Source: Elainellaceae cyanobacterium (GTDB lineage Bacteria; Cyanobacteriota; Cyanobacteriia; CAZCXK01). From it: a DNA stretch of 64,000 nt. The stretch is taken from positions 73,109 through 137,108 of the forward strand of contig JBNPEG010000021.1 of NCBI GenBank assembly GCA_051117555.1. The letters are read 5' to 3'. Numbering within the stretch: position 1 is the first letter of the stretch; each line of letters starts with the position of its first letter. The position numbers were made by a program, and so were the translations under genes. Shown here in pieces: positions 10,154-22,353 of this stretch. The notes under the pieces were generated by a model. That model ran no database searches. It was not told the DNA's origin and worked only from the letters and a program-made list of their open reading frames with translations.

Positions 10154-11599
10154 ATGAAAGCCCGATCTAAATTTAAGCAAACCAAAACTAAAAAAAGTCT
10201 TTGGTTTGAGCGATTGATGGCAATCACGGCGCTCATCAATCTGTGTCTTGTCGCGTTCGACATTAGCTATATCCCCCTGCGCGACTTTTATCTACGCCGC
10301 ATTCCTCAATTGACTCAGTGGTATGGCCGCCAGTTCAAAGGCATCGAACCTCATCGGGAAACCACTGCGTATCTAAACGCTGTTAATGAGCTAGAAGAAC
10401 AGCTCGAACAGCAGGGTGAGGCTGCACTAGATACGACGCAAACCCAACAGTTGCTTCAAGAATTGCGCGTTCGCAGTGACGACATGGTCGATGAAAATCC
10501 GTTTCAAGTTGCTGACAAATCGGGCACTCTAGAGCGAATTAAAAACCGAATGCGCGAGCGAATCGATGTTGATTCGTCTAAAGATGCCTTTACGCAGTTT
10601 TGGAATGCTGACTATCTCAGCAGCGAGGGGTGGCGACAAGAAATTGTCTATTTTAATCAAGATATTCGCCCGCTGATAGAAACTAACTACTACCGAGGTA
10701 TTGGAGAAGATGGGCGGCCTATCGATGAGTTTTGGCGTATCGATATCTGGTTCGTTGCCATTTTTGGCATCGAGTTTTTAGCCCGAACCCTTTATTTGAG
10801 CCTTCGATATAAAGGCACCAACTGGTTTGACGCAATGCTCTGGCGATGGTACGACATATTGCTATTCATTCCGTTCTGGCGCTGGTTACGCATTATTCCA
10901 GTCACTGTCCGTCTCCACCAATCTCGACTCGTCAATCTAGCCCCTATTCAATCCCGAGTTACTCGAGGGCTGGTTGCCAGTGTTGCTGTTGAGCTGACCG
11001 AAATTGTCGTCATCCGCATCATCGATCAAATGCAAAATTTGATTCGTCAAGGAGACGTTGCCCGGTGGATTCTCAATCCTGAACCAGAACGTCGGTATAT
11101 TGACATCAACGGTGTTGACGAAATCCAAGCTATTTCTCAACGAATCGTGATGGTTTTGGTTTACAGGGTCTTGCCTCAGCTAAAGCCTGAAATGGATGCC
11201 GTTCTAACTCATAGCGTCGGCAATGCAGTACATTCAACTCCTTTATATCAAGGTTTCCAAGCGATTCCGGGATTTAGCAACGTCCCCGATCAATTGACCA
11301 AGCAGTTGGCGGCTGAAGTGACAAAAAATGCTTACAGCACGTTGACTAATGCAATGGAGGATTCGGTCGGTGCTGAGCTTACTCAAAAACTCATCTTAAA
11401 ATTGGGAGAAACGCTTCGAGACGAAATTCAGCAAGAAAATACGGTTGAGGAACTCGAGTATTTACTGACGGTTCTTTTAGAAGAAATCAAGATTAACTAT
11501 GTGAAGCGCATTCCTGACGAAGAACTCGACCAACTCGAAGACCAAGCATACAAACTCTACGAAGTCACTCAAATTGGAAAAAATAGAGAGAAAAAATAG
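10154..11599 (+). CDS. Conserved membrane protein with voltage-sensor-like TM segments and a helical C-terminal domain
   Basis: 481-aa ORF with segments resembling S1, S2 (FGIEFLAR), S3 (WYDILLFIP) and S4 (WRWLRIIPVTVRL). Confidence 0.75.
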   Translation: MKARSKFKQTKTKKSLWFERLMAITALINLCLVAFDISYIPLRDFYLRRIPQLTQWYGRQFKGIEPHRETTAYLNAVNELEEQLEQQGEAALDTTQTQQLLQELRVRSDDMVDENPFQVADKSGTLERIKNRMRERIDVDSSKDAFTQFWNADYLSSEGWRQEIVYFNQDIRPLIETNYYRGIGEDGRPIDEFWRIDIWFVAIFGIEFLARTLYLSLRYKGTNWFDAMLWRWYDILLFIPFWRWLRIIPVTVRLHQSRLVNLAPIQSRVTRGLVASVAVELTEIVVIRIIDQMQNLIRQGDVARWILNPEPERRYIDINGVDEIQAISQRIVMVLVYRVLPQLKPEMDAVLTHSVGNAVHSTPLYQGFQAIPGFSNVPDQLTKQLAAEVTKNAYSTLTNAMEDSVGAELTQKLILKLGETLRDEIQQENTVEELEYLLTVLLEEIKINYVKRIPDEELDQLEDQAYKLYEVTQIGKNREKK

Positions 11600-11710
11600 A
11601 GATTAGGACATTACGTTTAATTGAGAAGCCAATTCGAAGACTCTACGCTAAACTGAGATACAGCGAAGATCAGGGTTGATCTGAGCTTTTTCCAGAATCG
11701 CGTCTCCTGG

Positions 11711-11737
11711 AAGAAGTGGGCAACGCCCGCTTTTTTT
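11711..11737 (+). promoter_or_regulatory. rimP leader terminator/attenuator hairpin
   Basis: AAGAAGTGGGC-AAC-GCCCGCTTTTTTT upstream of rimP-nusA, preceded by hairpin AGATCA-GGGT-TGATCT and a TAAACT -10-like box at 11648. Confidence 0.7.
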
Positions 11738-11812
11738 ATTGAAGGTTATAAGATTCTGTTCGTTAGTTTTGTCCAATTATTGGGCATGAGCATTAGAAAA
11801 TCAATCGGGACG

Positions 11813-12268
11813 ATGACTCATCCTCTCATTCCACAAATCATTGACTTAGCAGCACCTGTTGCAGAAAGTTTGGGCTTAGAAATTGTCGGAGCAGTGTTCC
11901 ATACCAATCAAAACCCTCCGGTGCTGCGAGTCGATATTCGCAATCCTCAAACGGATACAGGGCTTAATGATTGTGAGCTCATGAGTCGCGCTTTAGAAGC
12001 TGCTCTTGATGCATCTGATCTGCTTCCAGATGCTTACATCCTCGAAATTTCTAGTCCCGGGATTTCGAGTCATTTGGCGAGCGATCGCGACTTTATTTCA
12101 TTCAAAGGATTCCCGGTTATTGTTACAACGTACGAACCCTATGAGGGGCATCAATCGTGGGAGGGGAAGCTCATTCGGCGGGATGACAATGCTGTGTATC
12201 TCAATCGGAAAGGACGGGCGATCGCGATTCCGAGACACCTAGTTAGCAACGTTCTACTCACCCATTAA
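11813..12268 (+). CDS. rimP: Ribosome maturation factor RimP
   Basis: MTHPLIPQI..., [19 protein letters not shown]; lies upstream of nusA. Confidence 0.95.
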   Translation: MTHPLIPQIIDLAAPVAESLGLEIVGAVFHTNQNPPVLRVDIRNPQTDTGLNDCELMSRALEAALDASDLLPDAYILEISSPGISSHLASDRDFISFKGFPVIVTTYEPYEGHQSWEGKLIRRDDNAVYLNRKGRAIAIPRHLVSNVLLTH

Positions 12269-12441
12269 TCCGATTCCATTAGCAATTAATGCGCCTATTC
12301 GCGTCATCATCTCCCCCTGCTTTATCCCGTTACCAATGCGTTAAGCTCAACATCTCAGACGCCGCCCTTGCGATTTAAGCATCTATTATCTGCAATGCCG
12401 TCTCAACTCGGCGTATCAATATCCTTACGGAGGTCCTCACT

Positions 12442-13896
12442 ATGTCAATGGTTAATTTACCTGGGCTTCAAGACATGATCGAAGGCATCAGCCGCGAACG
12501 AAATCTGCCCAAGCATGCCGTCCAAGCCGCACTACGCGAAGCTCTCCTGAAAGGATACGAGCGCTATCGTCGCACTCATCGTCCAGATGCCGAAATATTT
12601 GACGAAGAGTACTTCGACAACTTTGATGTTGAGCTCGACATTGAAGAAGAAGGATTTCGGGTCCTCGCCACCAAGACGATCGTGGAAGACGTTACCGTTC
12701 CTGATCACCAAATTGCGCTTCGAGAAGTTCAAGAGGTTGCGGCTGAAGCCCAGTTAGGTGACACCGTGATTTTAGATGTCACCCCCGATCAGGGTGATTT
12801 TGGTCGCATGGCGGCCATTCAAACGAAGCAGGTGCTGGCTCAAAAGCTACGCGATCAGCAGCGCAAGCTTGTCCAAGAAGAATTTCAAGATTTAGAAGGC
12901 ACAGTCCTGCAAGCCAGGGTGCTTCGATTCGAACGACAATCTGTCATCATGGCGGTCAGCAGTAGCTTTGGTCAGCCAGAAGTCGAAGCAGAGCTTCTCA
13001 AGCGGGATCAATTACCCAACGATAACTATCGAGTCAATGCCACCTTTAAGGTTTACTTGAAGAGAGTATCGGAAGGGTCACATCGAGGACCTCAGCTCTT
13101 AGTGTCGCGTGCTGATGCTGGCTTGGTAGTATACCTGTTTGCCAATGAGGTCCCCGAAATTGAAGATGAAGTGGTCCGTATCGTTGCTGTTGCGCGAGAA
13201 GCAAATCCTCCCTCGCGGCATATTGGTCCACGCACCAAGATCGCGGTTGATACGCTAGAGCGAGATGTCGATCCGGTGGGTGCCTGCATTGGTGCACGGG
13301 GATCTCGTATTCAAGTCGTCGTTAATGAATTGCGAGGTGAGAAGATTGATGTGATTCGCTGGTCGCCTGATCCGGCCACCTACATTTCAAATGCGCTTAG
13401 TCCTGCGCGAGTTGATGAGGTTCGGCTAATTAACCCCGAAGAGCGTCAGGCGCATGTCCTTGTTCCGGAAGATCAGCTCAGCTTGGCGATCGGCAAAGAG
13501 GGCCAAAACGTTCGGCTCGCAGCTCGATTGACCGGCTGGAAGATTGATATTAAAGATTCTGCCAAATATGACTACGACGCAGAAGATCGCAAAATTCAAG
13601 AATTAGAAGAAGGTCGTCGTCGAGCTCACGAAGAGGCTCTCGCAGCAGACGCTGAATTTGACGAACTTGAGGAAGACGAACCTGATGCAGACATGGCTGA
13701 AGAAGAGCTCGATGCTGAGCCCGTAATGCCTGTTGCAGAAAATGATGCAGACCAGGAAAGCGATGGGGATCACGAGAGTGGGGAGGATCAGGAGAGCGAG
13801 GAGGCGATCGCCTCAAATGATTCGGAATCTGCCCAAACTAAAAACGATGGATTTGGCGCCGAAGCCAGCGCCGCAACAGAACGCCCTGGTCATTAG
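12442..13896 (+). CDS. nusA: Transcription termination factor NusA with an acidic C-terminal tail
   Basis: FGRMAAIQTKQV, S1/KH domains, DPVGACIGARGSRI, SLAIGKEGQNVRLAARLTGWKIDI. Confidence 0.98.
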   Translation: MSMVNLPGLQDMIEGISRERNLPKHAVQAALREALLKGYERYRRTHRPDAEIFDEEYFDNFDVELDIEEEGFRVLATKTIVEDVTVPDHQIALREVQEVAAEAQLGDTVILDVTPDQGDFGRMAAIQTKQVLAQKLRDQQRKLVQEEFQDLEGTVLQARVLRFERQSVIMAVSSSFGQPEVEAELLKRDQLPNDNYRVNATFKVYLKRVSEGSHRGPQLLVSRADAGLVVYLFANEVPEIEDEVVRIVAVAREANPPSRHIGPRTKIAVDTLERDVDPVGACIGARGSRIQVVVNELRGEKIDVIRWSPDPATYISNALSPARVDEVRLINPEERQAHVLVPEDQLSLAIGKEGQNVRLAARLTGWKIDIKDSAKYDYDAEDRKIQELEEGRRRAHEEALAADAEFDELEEDEPDADMAEEELDAEPVMPVAENDADQESDGDHESGEDQESEEAIASNDSESAQTKNDGFGAEASAATERPGH

Positions 13897-13967
13897 GTAT
13901 CTAGTGCAGCTTCGCCTATATCTTCTGTATAGCCCCAATTATTAGTCAACGCGCTAGCATAGATCCT

Positions 13968-14219
13968 ATGGAGCAAAATTATCGCCGCTGCATCAGCTGC
14001 CGAAACGCTGCTCCCAAACAAAATTTCTGGCGAATTGTTCGAGTATACCCATCTCGAACGCTACAATTAGATAATGGGATAGGGCGTTCAGCCTATATTT
14101 GCCCCGATCCCGAATGCCTAAAGGCAGCTCAGAAAAAAAATCGTTTAGGTCGGGCTTTAAGGGTGCCTGTGCCACCGGCCATTTATGAGCAACTTTGGCA
14201 GCGTTTGGCGGATGAATAG
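13968..14219 (+). CDS. ylxR: YlxR/RnpM family RNA-binding protein
   Basis: RRCISCR, GRSAYIC...CLKAAQKKNRLGRAL; lies between nusA and infB. Confidence 0.92.
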   Translation: MEQNYRRCISCRNAAPKQNFWRIVRVYPSRTLQLDNGIGRSAYICPDPECLKAAQKKNRLGRALRVPVPPAIYEQLWQRLADE

Positions 14220-14873
14220 GAGGAGCAGCTTTCTTTGTACTACTAAGATGAAATGTCGGTTCGCATCAATCAGCCGAACGGCCATCCATTCAAAAATTTT
14301 TGTGCAGATCCTGGCGTTTCCTGCGCATGTAGCTTTAGTTTGTAATTTCAATCGTGAATAATCCGTAGCGTGTACCTGTCTCAAATTTATTATCTGAGGC
14401 ATTTGGGAATGGACTTGGTTATTCATTCACTAGACTTGACGTTGAGGCATCTAGAAAATTTAGAATTTGACAATTATTCGGTTGCCTTGGCAGTCATGGA
14501 CAAATTTGAGCGATAATACGTCGGTCAGCAGAGTTGTGGTTTCAGACATTTCGATACCCTAGTAGAGGTGCTAGAAAACCGAACCAAGTTCTGCTTACAT
14601 AGGCTTGAATAGTAGCTGTAAAATCTTGCTGCTATCTTATGTAAAGACTTTCCGACTCCAGTCGGATTCGTGCATGATGGTTAAGGATGCTTATCAAGGA
14701 GTGGCATATCAAAACAAATACCCCTTCGAAATTAGAGCATAATCGTTTGCATTTCTTATTTGAGAGAGGTGGTCACCATCCTCACTTCTTGGAAGTTGAG
14801 ATATGAAAACCGTCGTTTCTTTAGGGCAGTAGATCGTATGTAACAAGCAGTCGGAACGAAGAGGAAAGAGTGG

Positions 14874-17800
14874 ATGAACAACGGCAAAGTCAGGATATAC
14901 GAGCTTTCGAAAGAATTAGATTTAGATAATAGAGACATTTTAGAGGTCTGTGGTCAGCTAAATATTTCAGCAAAGAGTCATAGCAGCACAATCACTGAGC
15001 AAGACGCGAATCGAATTCGCACCGCTGCCGAAAAGTATACTCCTAGCCGATCCTCCTCCAGCAAACATGCTGCCGCTGGTCATTCCACAGGGGCTCGGAC
15101 CAAGTCGACCGCATCTAAAGCGCCCGTGAAGAAAAAGCAACAGATATTAGAAGTTCGCAAGCATCGTCCAACCACTGCGGATTCGCCCAAGCGTCCTGAA
15201 GTCGCCGCGAAGCCGCCGGTGTCGCGCCCTCAACCTCCATCGACCCCTCCTGCGCCAACACCGCCTTCTGCTACGCCAGAACAGCCGGAGAAAGCTGTTC
15301 CAGTTGAAGCGTCAAATTCCGATAGCGCAGTCGCTGAGTACTCTGCGCTGCCAGAATTACAGCGCCCATCCGCCTCGAAGCCGATGGAGTCGCCCGACGA
15401 TAAGGTAGATTTACCAGATCAGGAATTAGATAGCGTAGATCACGAGCAGGATGAGGACGAAGATGTTCCAGAACTTATCAAGCCGCCTGCGCGACCCACT
15501 GAGGACGATACCAGCCCTCAACCTACGACAGTCGAACGTCCTATTCTAAAGCGTTCAAAGCCGCAACGCTCTGACTCGTCTAAGCCAGAACGTCGTGATG
15601 CTAATGAGGCTGAGATAAGGCAGCCTGTTAAATCAGATCAGAATGGCAGGTCGGGTCAAGCCCCTGAGGTGAAGAAGCCTAGTGCACCTCGGCCAAAGCC
15701 TGCTACAGAACTCCGTCGGCCTCCATCCCGTCCTTCGACGGAGGAAACGCGTAAGAAAGATGAACCACGGGATGACGATGATCTCGTTGCCATTCCTGAC
15801 GATACGACTGATCTAGAGCTTCGTCGTCCAATGCCTCCTCGCCCACCGAAGAGACAAAAAAATCGGGTGGAAGAAGAGGACGATGAGCAGCAAGAGCTTC
15901 TTCAGCGCAAAGCTCCTAAGACAAAGCGTCGTACTCAACCTGTTATCGAAGAAGAGGAAGAAGAAGATCTCGATGACATGCGAGCGGGGAACGAGGTCAG
16001 CCAGTCTCAAGTGAGCCTGTCGCTGATGCGTCCACCCAAGCCCAAGAATTATCCGGGGCAGAAAAAGACTGCTTCTGTTACTCCTGCGTCGCAGCGTCCG
16101 AAAAAGTCAGATCCCACCAAAGATACGAGTCGATCACAACGCCGCGATCGCCGTGAGTCCGAGAATAAACCGGAGCGTCCTGAACTTATTACGTTAACGG
16201 ACAGCATCTCCGTTCACGATTTAGCCGAAGCGCTGACCGTACCCGAAACGGAAGTCATTAAAGTCCTTTTCCATAAAGGGATTGCCGCCAATATCAATCA
16301 GATTCTCGATATTCCTACCGCAACGATGGTTGCTGAGGAATTTGAAGTCAGGGTTGAAACAGCTGAAGCTGAGGCTGAAGCGAAGAAAACAACCGAGATG
16401 TTAGACGAGGCTGATCTCGATAGCCTGCAACGACGTCCACCCGTGGTCACGATCATGGGACACGTTGATCATGGCAAAACGACCCTGCTTGATTCCATCC
16501 GCAAGACCAAAGTGGCTCAGGGAGAAGCGGGCGGCATTACCCAACATATTGGGGCATATCATGTTGATGTCACTCATGGCGACACCGATCAGCAGGTCGT
16601 TTTCCTTGACACTCCTGGGCACGAAGCCTTTACCGCAATGCGGGCTCGAGGAGCACGAGTGACTGATATTGCCGTGTTAGTGGTCGCAGCTGATGATGGA
16701 GTTCGACCTCAAACGATCGAGGCGATTAGCCACGCGAAGGCCGCTGGTGTGCCCATCGTTGTTGCCATCAATAAAGTTGACAAAGAGGGGGCTCAACCGG
16801 ATCGGGTTAAGCAGGAATTAACCGAACACGGACTGGTGTCAGAGGAGTGGGGCGGTGACACTATTATGGTTCCAGTGAGCGCCATCACAGGTGATAACCT
16901 GGATACCCTCTTAGAAATGCTGCTCTTGGTTTCTGAGGTCGAAGACTTATATGCCAACCCCGATCGCTCTGCACGAGGCACTGTGATTGAGGCAAACCTA
17001 GACAAAGCGAGAGGCCCCGTAGCGACATTATTGGTTCAAAATGGAACCTTACGAGTGGGCGACAGCTTAGTTGCTGGCTCTGCATTTGGTAAAGTTAGGG
17101 CAATGATTGACGATCGCGGAAGGCGCGTCGAAGCAGCTGATCCATCATTCGCTGTTGAAGTATTAGGACTTAATGATGTCCCTGCAGCGGGTGACGAATT
17201 TGAAGTCTTCACCGATGAAAAAGAGGCTCGTTCTGTGTCGGCTGATCGGACAGAGCAGCAGCGTCAGTCTCGCTTACAGCAGGCAATGGCATCTCGCCGA
17301 GTCAGCTTGAATAGTTTTTCTGCTCAGGCTCAAGAAGGCGAACTGAAAGAACTCAATCTCATTCTCAAAGCCGATGTTCAAGGGTCGGTGGAAGCGATCT
17401 TAGCATCCCTTCAACAGCTACCTCAAAAAGAGGTTCAGGTTCGAGTCTTGCTTGCTGCGCCGGGTGAAGTGACAGAAACGGATGTTGACTTGGCGGCAGC
17501 GAGTAGCGCAGTGATTGTCGGATTCAATACAACATTAGCTAGCGGTGCTCGGCAAGCTGCCGATCGCGCTGGAGTTGACGTTCGCGAATATAACATCATC
17601 TACAAGCTGCTTGAAGATATCGAAGGCGCAATGGAGGGTCTGTTAGAGCCTGAGATGGTTGAAGAGCCGCTGGGTCAAGTTCAAGTTAGGGCGGTATTCC
17701 CGGTTGGCAAGGGCTCAGTCGCAGGATGTTATGTACAATCGGGCAAGGTCATCCGAAATTGCCGCGTCCGAGTGCGTCGAGGTAGCGAAGTTGTCTACGA

Positions 17801-17960
17801 AGGAAATCTAGACTCCCTGAAGCGGATGAAAGATGATGTTAAGGAAGTCAATGCCGGTTATGAATGCGGTATTGGCATCGATCGCTTCAACAGTTGGGAA
17901 GAAGGCGATATCATCGAAACCTTCCGAATGGTGTCGAAACGCCGGACTCTTTCTGCCTAG
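14874..17960 (+). CDS. infB: Translation initiation factor IF-2
   Basis: [12 protein letters not shown]-terminus, [32 protein letters not shown]. Confidence 0.99.
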   Translation: MNNGKVRIYELSKELDLDNRDILEVCGQLNISAKSHSSTITEQDANRIRTAAEKYTPSRSSSSKHAAAGHSTGARTKSTASKAPVKKKQQILEVRKHRPTTADSPKRPEVAAKPPVSRPQPPSTPPAPTPPSATPEQPEKAVPVEASNSDSAVAEYSALPELQRPSASKPMESPDDKVDLPDQELDSVDHEQDEDEDVPELIKPPARPTEDDTSPQPTTVERPILKRSKPQRSDSSKPERRDANEAEIRQPVKSDQNGRSGQAPEVKKPSAPRPKPATELRRPPSRPSTEETRKKDEPRDDDDLVAIPDDTTDLELRRPMPPRPPKRQKNRVEEEDDEQQELLQRKAPKTKRRTQPVIEEEEEEDLDDMRAGNEVSQSQVSLSLMRPPKPKNYPGQKKTASVTPASQRPKKSDPTKDTSRSQRRDRRESENKPERPELITLTDSISVHDLAEALTVPETEVIKVLFHKGIAANINQILDIPTATMVAEEFEVRVETAEAEAEAKKTTEMLDEADLDSLQRRPPVVTIMGHVDHGKTTLLDSIRKTKVAQGEAGGITQHIGAYHVDVTHGDTDQQVVFLDTPGHEAFTAMRARGARVTDIAVLVVAADDGVRPQTIEAISHAKAAGVPIVVAINKVDKEGAQPDRVKQELTEHGLVSEEWGGDTIMVPVSAITGDNLDTLLEMLLLVSEVEDLYANPDRSARGTVIEANLDKARGPVATLLVQNGTLRVGDSLVAGSAFGKVRAMIDDRGRRVEAADPSFAVEVLGLNDVPAAGDEFEVFTDEKEARSVSADRTEQQRQSRLQQAMASRRVSLNSFSAQAQEGELKELNLILKADVQGSVEAILASLQQLPQKEVQVRVLLAAPGEVTETDVDLAAASSAVIVGFNTTLASGARQAADRAGVDVREYNIIYKLLEDIEGAMEGLLEPEMVEEPLGQVQVRAVFPVGKGSVAGCYVQSGKVIRNCRVRVRRGSEVVYEGNLDSLKRMKDDVKEVNAGYECGIGIDRFNSWEEGDIIETFRMVSKRRTLSA

Positions 17961-17970
17961 ATTGTGAATG

Positions 17971-18008
17971 GCCAGTCACCCGTGTAAGAAATGGGTGGCT
18001 GGTTTTTT
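17971..18008 (+). terminator. Rho-independent terminator after infB
   Basis: GCCAGTCACCCGT/ATGGGTGGCTGGT stem with G-U pairs, followed by a T run. Confidence 0.8.
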
Positions 18009-18026
18009 AATGGACTCCTTCGACGT

Positions 18027-18656
18027 ATGGAATCGAATACATTTCAAGTGTGCGATCGCGATCTCTCAGATGATAGTCTGTCTCAGCTTCTTGAGGCAGA
18101 CTCCATTGCCATTGATACTGAGACAATGGGGTTATTGCCCCAGCGCGATCGCCTTTGCCTGGTTCAACTCTGCGATCCTCAAGACCGCGTGACTGCTGTT
18201 CGTATTGAAATCGGCCAAAAAGAGGCTCCTAACCTTAAACAACTATTGGAAACTCCAACCATTCTTAAGGTCTTTCACTTTGCCCGATTTGACATTGCAA
18301 TGCTGCGATATCATCTAGGCATTCAAGTGGCCTCATTGTTCTGCACCAAGATTGCTAGCAAGCTTGCCCGTACCTATACTCCTCGGCATGGACTCAAAGA
18401 CGTCGTGCAAGAGCTAGAGCACGTCGAACTCGATAAGAGCGCTCAAAGTTCAGATTGGGGAAATGTTGCGAATCTTTCGCCGGATCAGCTTCAGTATGCC
18501 GCGAACGACGTTCGCCACTTGCTTAGCGTGCAGCTCAAACTCACTGAAATGCTCAAACGAGAGGGACGGCTGGATCTTGCCCAGCAGTGTTTTGCATGTC
18601 TTCCGGTTTTGGCAACCCTGGATTTGTTGCAGTATCACAACATTTTTGAGCATTAA
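18027..18656 (+). CDS. rnd: RNase D-like 3'-5' exonuclease (short DEDDy form)
   Basis: AIDTET, FHFARFD, QSSDW and YAAND motifs. ATG 18027 preferred because 17991 lies inside the terminator. Confidence 0.88.
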   Translation: MESNTFQVCDRDLSDDSLSQLLEADSIAIDTETMGLLPQRDRLCLVQLCDPQDRVTAVRIEIGQKEAPNLKQLLETPTILKVFHFARFDIAMLRYHLGIQVASLFCTKIASKLARTYTPRHGLKDVVQELEHVELDKSAQSSDWGNVANLSPDQLQYAANDVRHLLSVQLKLTEMLKREGRLDLAQQCFACLPVLATLDLLQYHNIFEH

Positions 18657-18676
18657 TAAGCAGCATTAATGGGTGC

Positions 18677-21600
18677 CTAGTCCACTGCCTGCTCTGCCTC
18701 AACTGGCAATGGGGCAGGCGGATGTTGTGCTAAGACGGACTTCAGGTATTGCCCTGTATACGAATCAAAGGATTGAGCGACCGTCTCTGGAGTGCCGACT
18801 GCAACCAGTTCTCCCCCGCGATCGCCCCCCTCGGGACCTAAATCTACAAGCCAATCGGCAGAACGAATTACGTCTAAATTGTGCTCGATGACAATGACCG
18901 AATTCCCCTTATCGACGAGGCGTTGTAAAACATCCAAAAGTTTGTGGACATCATAGAAAGATAATCCCGTTGTTGGTTCATCAATGAGATAAAGGGTTTT
19001 TCCCGTAGCGCGGCGAGACAGTTCGGTTGCCAGCTTCAATCGTTGTGCCTCCCCACCAGATAGGGTCGGAGCTGTTTGCCCAAGCCGCACGTAGCCCAAG
19101 CCCACATCAACCATCGTTTGCAGCTTAGCAGACGCCTTCGGAATATTTTGGAAAAAGTCTGCTGCCTCTTCAGCCGTCATGCTTAACACATCGGCAATCG
19201 ACTTTCCTTTATATTTCACTTGCAGAGTCTCTCGGTTGTAGCGGGCTCCCTTACATACTTCGCACTGGACATATACATCGGGCAGAAAGTTCATTTCAAT
19301 AACATTGACGCCCTGTCCGCCACACGCTTCACATCGCCCGCCTTTGACATTAAACGAAAACTGCCCTGGCTTGTAGCCTCGTGCTTTTGCCTCGACCGTT
19401 TGGGCAAACAAATCACGAATGACATCAAATACGCCGGTGTAGGTTGCAGGATTCGAGCGCGGCGTTCGACCAATGGGCGACTGGTCAATGACGATGGCCT
19501 TGTCCAGAGAATTCAGCCCGACAACTTTATCGATTTCCTTCGGCATGGGGATTTTACGGCCAAAATGATGCTGCAACGCCGGATAAAGCAGCTCATTGAC
19601 GAGCGTGGATTTCCCAGATCCTGATACACCCGTGATGCATACCAGCATGCCGAGTGGAATTTCCACGTCTAGATTTTTGAGATTATTACGTCGAGCATTT
19701 TTTACGACTAACCGTCTACCATTCCCGTTACGACGAGATGCAGGCGTATGAATCACCCTCTGCCCCGATAGATAGGCTCCCGTTAGAGATTCTTTGCTCG
19801 ACAAAACAGAATTCAGGCTTCCTTGGGCAATGATTGCGCCCCCGTGTACTCCCGCCCCAGGACCAATATCCACAATATAGTCGGCAGCGCGAATGGTTTC
19901 CTCATCATGCTCAACCACAATTAAGGTATTTCCTAAGTCGCGGAGTCGATTCAGGGTCAATAGCAATCGTCCATTATCGCGTTGGTGGAGTCCGATACTG
20001 GGTTCATCTAGCACATACAGAACCCCTGTCAGCCCGGAGCCAATCTGAGTCGCAAGACGAATTCGCTGGGCTTCTCCCCCTGAAAGCGTCATGGCCGTGC
20101 GATCAAGCGTCAGATAATCTAATCCAACATCTAATAAAAATTGGAGCCGTGCTTTGATTTCGCGCAAGACTAAATCCCCAATCTGCGCTTGTCGAGAGGT
20201 GAGTTGCAAATCGTAGATGCGCTGCAGTGACTCTCGAATAGATGCGCTCGTAAAATCTTTGAGGCGATACTGCCCAATTCGTACGGCCAATGCTTCAGGA
20301 CGCAGGCGATCGCCCCCACACATTTCACAGGGTTGTTCAATTAAATAGTGTTCTAACTTTTGCTTGTAGAGCTCTGAGGTGCTTTCTCGATACTGCCGCT
20401 CCAGCATTGGCAAAACGCCTTCATAACGGCGATTATAGCCCCGGCGTTCGCCATATCGAGAGTCTGACTCGATATAGATTTTCTCCTTAGAACCGTGCAA
20501 GACAATAGCCTGCTGATCGGGAGTAAGCTGATTCCACGGCGTTTGAATTTCAAAGCCAAAAGCTTGCCCCACGCTGTAGAGCAATGAAAAATAGTACGTG
20601 TTGTCTTTTTCTGACCAGGGGGCGATCGCTGCATAGAGCGGCAACGTCGGGTCAGGAACCACCAATTCCTCAGAAAAACGGCGTAGGGTGCCTAGTCCGT
20701 GACAGTGGGGACACGCTCCATAGGGAGAATTAAAAGAAAACAGGCGGGGAGACAGCTCTTCCATGACTGCCCCATGTTCAGGGCAAGCAAAATTTTCAGA
20801 AAACACTAGCTCCTTTGGTAATGCGTCGTCGTCAGCAAGGGAGCTTGGATTATAGGCAGATCCCGTTTCGGCTGCCTGGTAACGAGACGATCGCCGTTTT
20901 GACAGTTCGACAACCTTGCCATCGGAGGATTGATCTTCGTCTTCCGATGAATCTTGAGTGGATGACACGATGTCGATAATTGCAATTCCGGCTGCCCGCT
21001 TCAGGCAAGTTGAGAGCGAGTCAACCAGCCTTTCTTGCATGCCCTCTCGCTTGACCAGACGGTCTACGATGACCTCAATGTCGTGAAATTGGTTTTTATC
21101 TAACTGAATGGGGTCTGATAGATCTCTGACCTCACCATCGACTCGAACGCGAACAAACCCCTCCGATGCCAGACTCGACAACAGTTTTTTATGAGTCCCC
21201 TTTTTGCCGCGCACCACAGGGGCCAAAATCTGAAACCGCGTGCGGTCAGGGAGTTCTAAAATGCGATCGCACATTTGATCGATCGTTTGGGGCGAAATCG
21301 AGCGATCGCAATGGGGACAATGAGGCTCTCCCGCGCGACCATACAATAGACGAAGATAATCATAGATTTCAGTGACCGTACCCACTGTCGAGCGAGGGTT
21401 GTGGGAGGTCGATTTCTGATCGATCGAGATCGCCGGACTCAAGCCCTCGATGGCATCAACATCAGGCTTATCAACTTGTCCCAAAAACTGACGCGCATAC
21501 GCACTCAGAGATTCGACATAGCGCCGCTGGCCTTCAGCAAAGATCGTGTCAAATGCCAGCGACGACTTGCCTGACCCCGAAACTCCTGTGAATACGATGA

Positions 21601-21757
21601 GGCGATCGCGCGGTAGCTCTAGATCGATATTCTTTAAGTTGTGCTGCCGTGCTCCCCGAATTCGGATGACATTTTGAGACGGCTTCGCCGACTTAGCATG
21701 ACGCCCGTTTGCCGAGGCGGTGCTCTGGTTATCTGCGGTACTCGCTTTTTGAGACAT
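18677..21757 (-). CDS. uvrA: Excinuclease ABC subunit A
   Basis: GARQHNLKN, two GVSGSGKS Walker A motifs, LSGGEAQR twice, CxxC zinc fingers. Confidence 0.99.
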   Translation of the reverse strand: MSQKASTADNQSTASANGRHAKSAKPSQNVIRIRGARQHNLKNIDLELPRDRLIVFTGVSGSGKSSLAFDTIFAEGQRRYVESLSAYARQFLGQVDKPDVDAIEGLSPAISIDQKSTSHNPRSTVGTVTEIYDYLRLLYGRAGEPHCPHCDRSISPQTIDQMCDRILELPDRTRFQILAPVVRGKKGTHKKLLSSLASEGFVRVRVDGEVRDLSDPIQLDKNQFHDIEVIVDRLVKREGMQERLVDSLSTCLKRAAGIAIIDIVSSTQDSSEDEDQSSDGKVVELSKRRSSRYQAAETGSAYNPSSLADDDALPKELVFSENFACPEHGAVMEELSPRLFSFNSPYGACPHCHGLGTLRRFSEELVVPDPTLPLYAAIAPWSEKDNTYYFSLLYSVGQAFGFEIQTPWNQLTPDQQAIVLHGSKEKIYIESDSRYGERRGYNRRYEGVLPMLERQYRESTSELYKQKLEHYLIEQPCEMCGGDRLRPEALAVRIGQYRLKDFTSASIRESLQRIYDLQLTSRQAQIGDLVLREIKARLQFLLDVGLDYLTLDRTAMTLSGGEAQRIRLATQIGSGLTGVLYVLDEPSIGLHQRDNGRLLLTLNRLRDLGNTLIVVEHDEETIRAADYIVDIGPGAGVHGGAIIAQGSLNSVLSSKESLTGAYLSGQRVIHTPASRRNGNGRRLVVKNARRNNLKNLDVEIPLGMLVCITGVSGSGKSTLVNELLYPALQHHFGRKIPMPKEIDKVVGLNSLDKAIVIDQSPIGRTPRSNPATYTGVFDVIRDLFAQTVEAKARGYKPGQFSFNVKGGRCEACGGQGVNVIEMNFLPDVYVQCEVCKGARYNRETLQVKYKGKSIADVLSMTAEEAADFFQNIPKASAKLQTMVDVGLGYVRLGQTAPTLSGGEAQRLKLATELSRRATGKTLYLIDEPTTGLSFYDVHKLLDVLQRLVDKGNSVIVIEHNLDVIRSADWLVDLGPEGGDRGGELVAVGTPETVAQSFDSYTGQYLKSVLAQHPPAPLPVEAEQAVD

Positions 21758-22353
21758 GAGGGGCACGCTAACAGGCTACAAATCGATCAGCAACAGATTT
21801 TAACAATTTTATCGCTATTCTCTCGAATCCACCTGCTAATCCTAAACATGAACCCCATAGCGGTATGCGCTTGAGTTAGGCACGGAGGTGTAGGCCGCGC
21901 CGCACTCCACACCAGCATTTATGGACTTAGCACCATTGCAAATTGCTATAAGCAGGTTTAAAAAGCAGATTTAAATCGGAGAATCCTATCCTACACCTGA
22001 TATTAGATTAATACGTGCGTCCTACTCCGTGCATCCAAAATACAGCCTTATATGGCCTTAATATAGCCTCACGTTCTTGCCATGAGGACATCAAACGTGC
22101 GTATAATCCTTGCGCCACTGGGGCTCTTGATACACATCTGAGCCCGGTAGGGTTCAATCATAGCTAGCTTTAATACAGATTAGGAGACGAATCGGAAGAA
22201 AATTATACGTCGGAAGAATCTGAATGCAAGGGCTATCGTCGTATCCTGTGACATCGCTCCCATCTCGATTACGGCCCGTCATCGCTCAGTCATGACCCCC
22301 CTGACAGAGCTACAATAGAGCCAATATGTTGCTCAGTTGCAGGTTTTACGAGT

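Noticed and set aside
21767..22353. LexA box expected upstream of uvrA
   Set aside because: I could not find a convincing RGTAC-N3-DGTWC site by eye.
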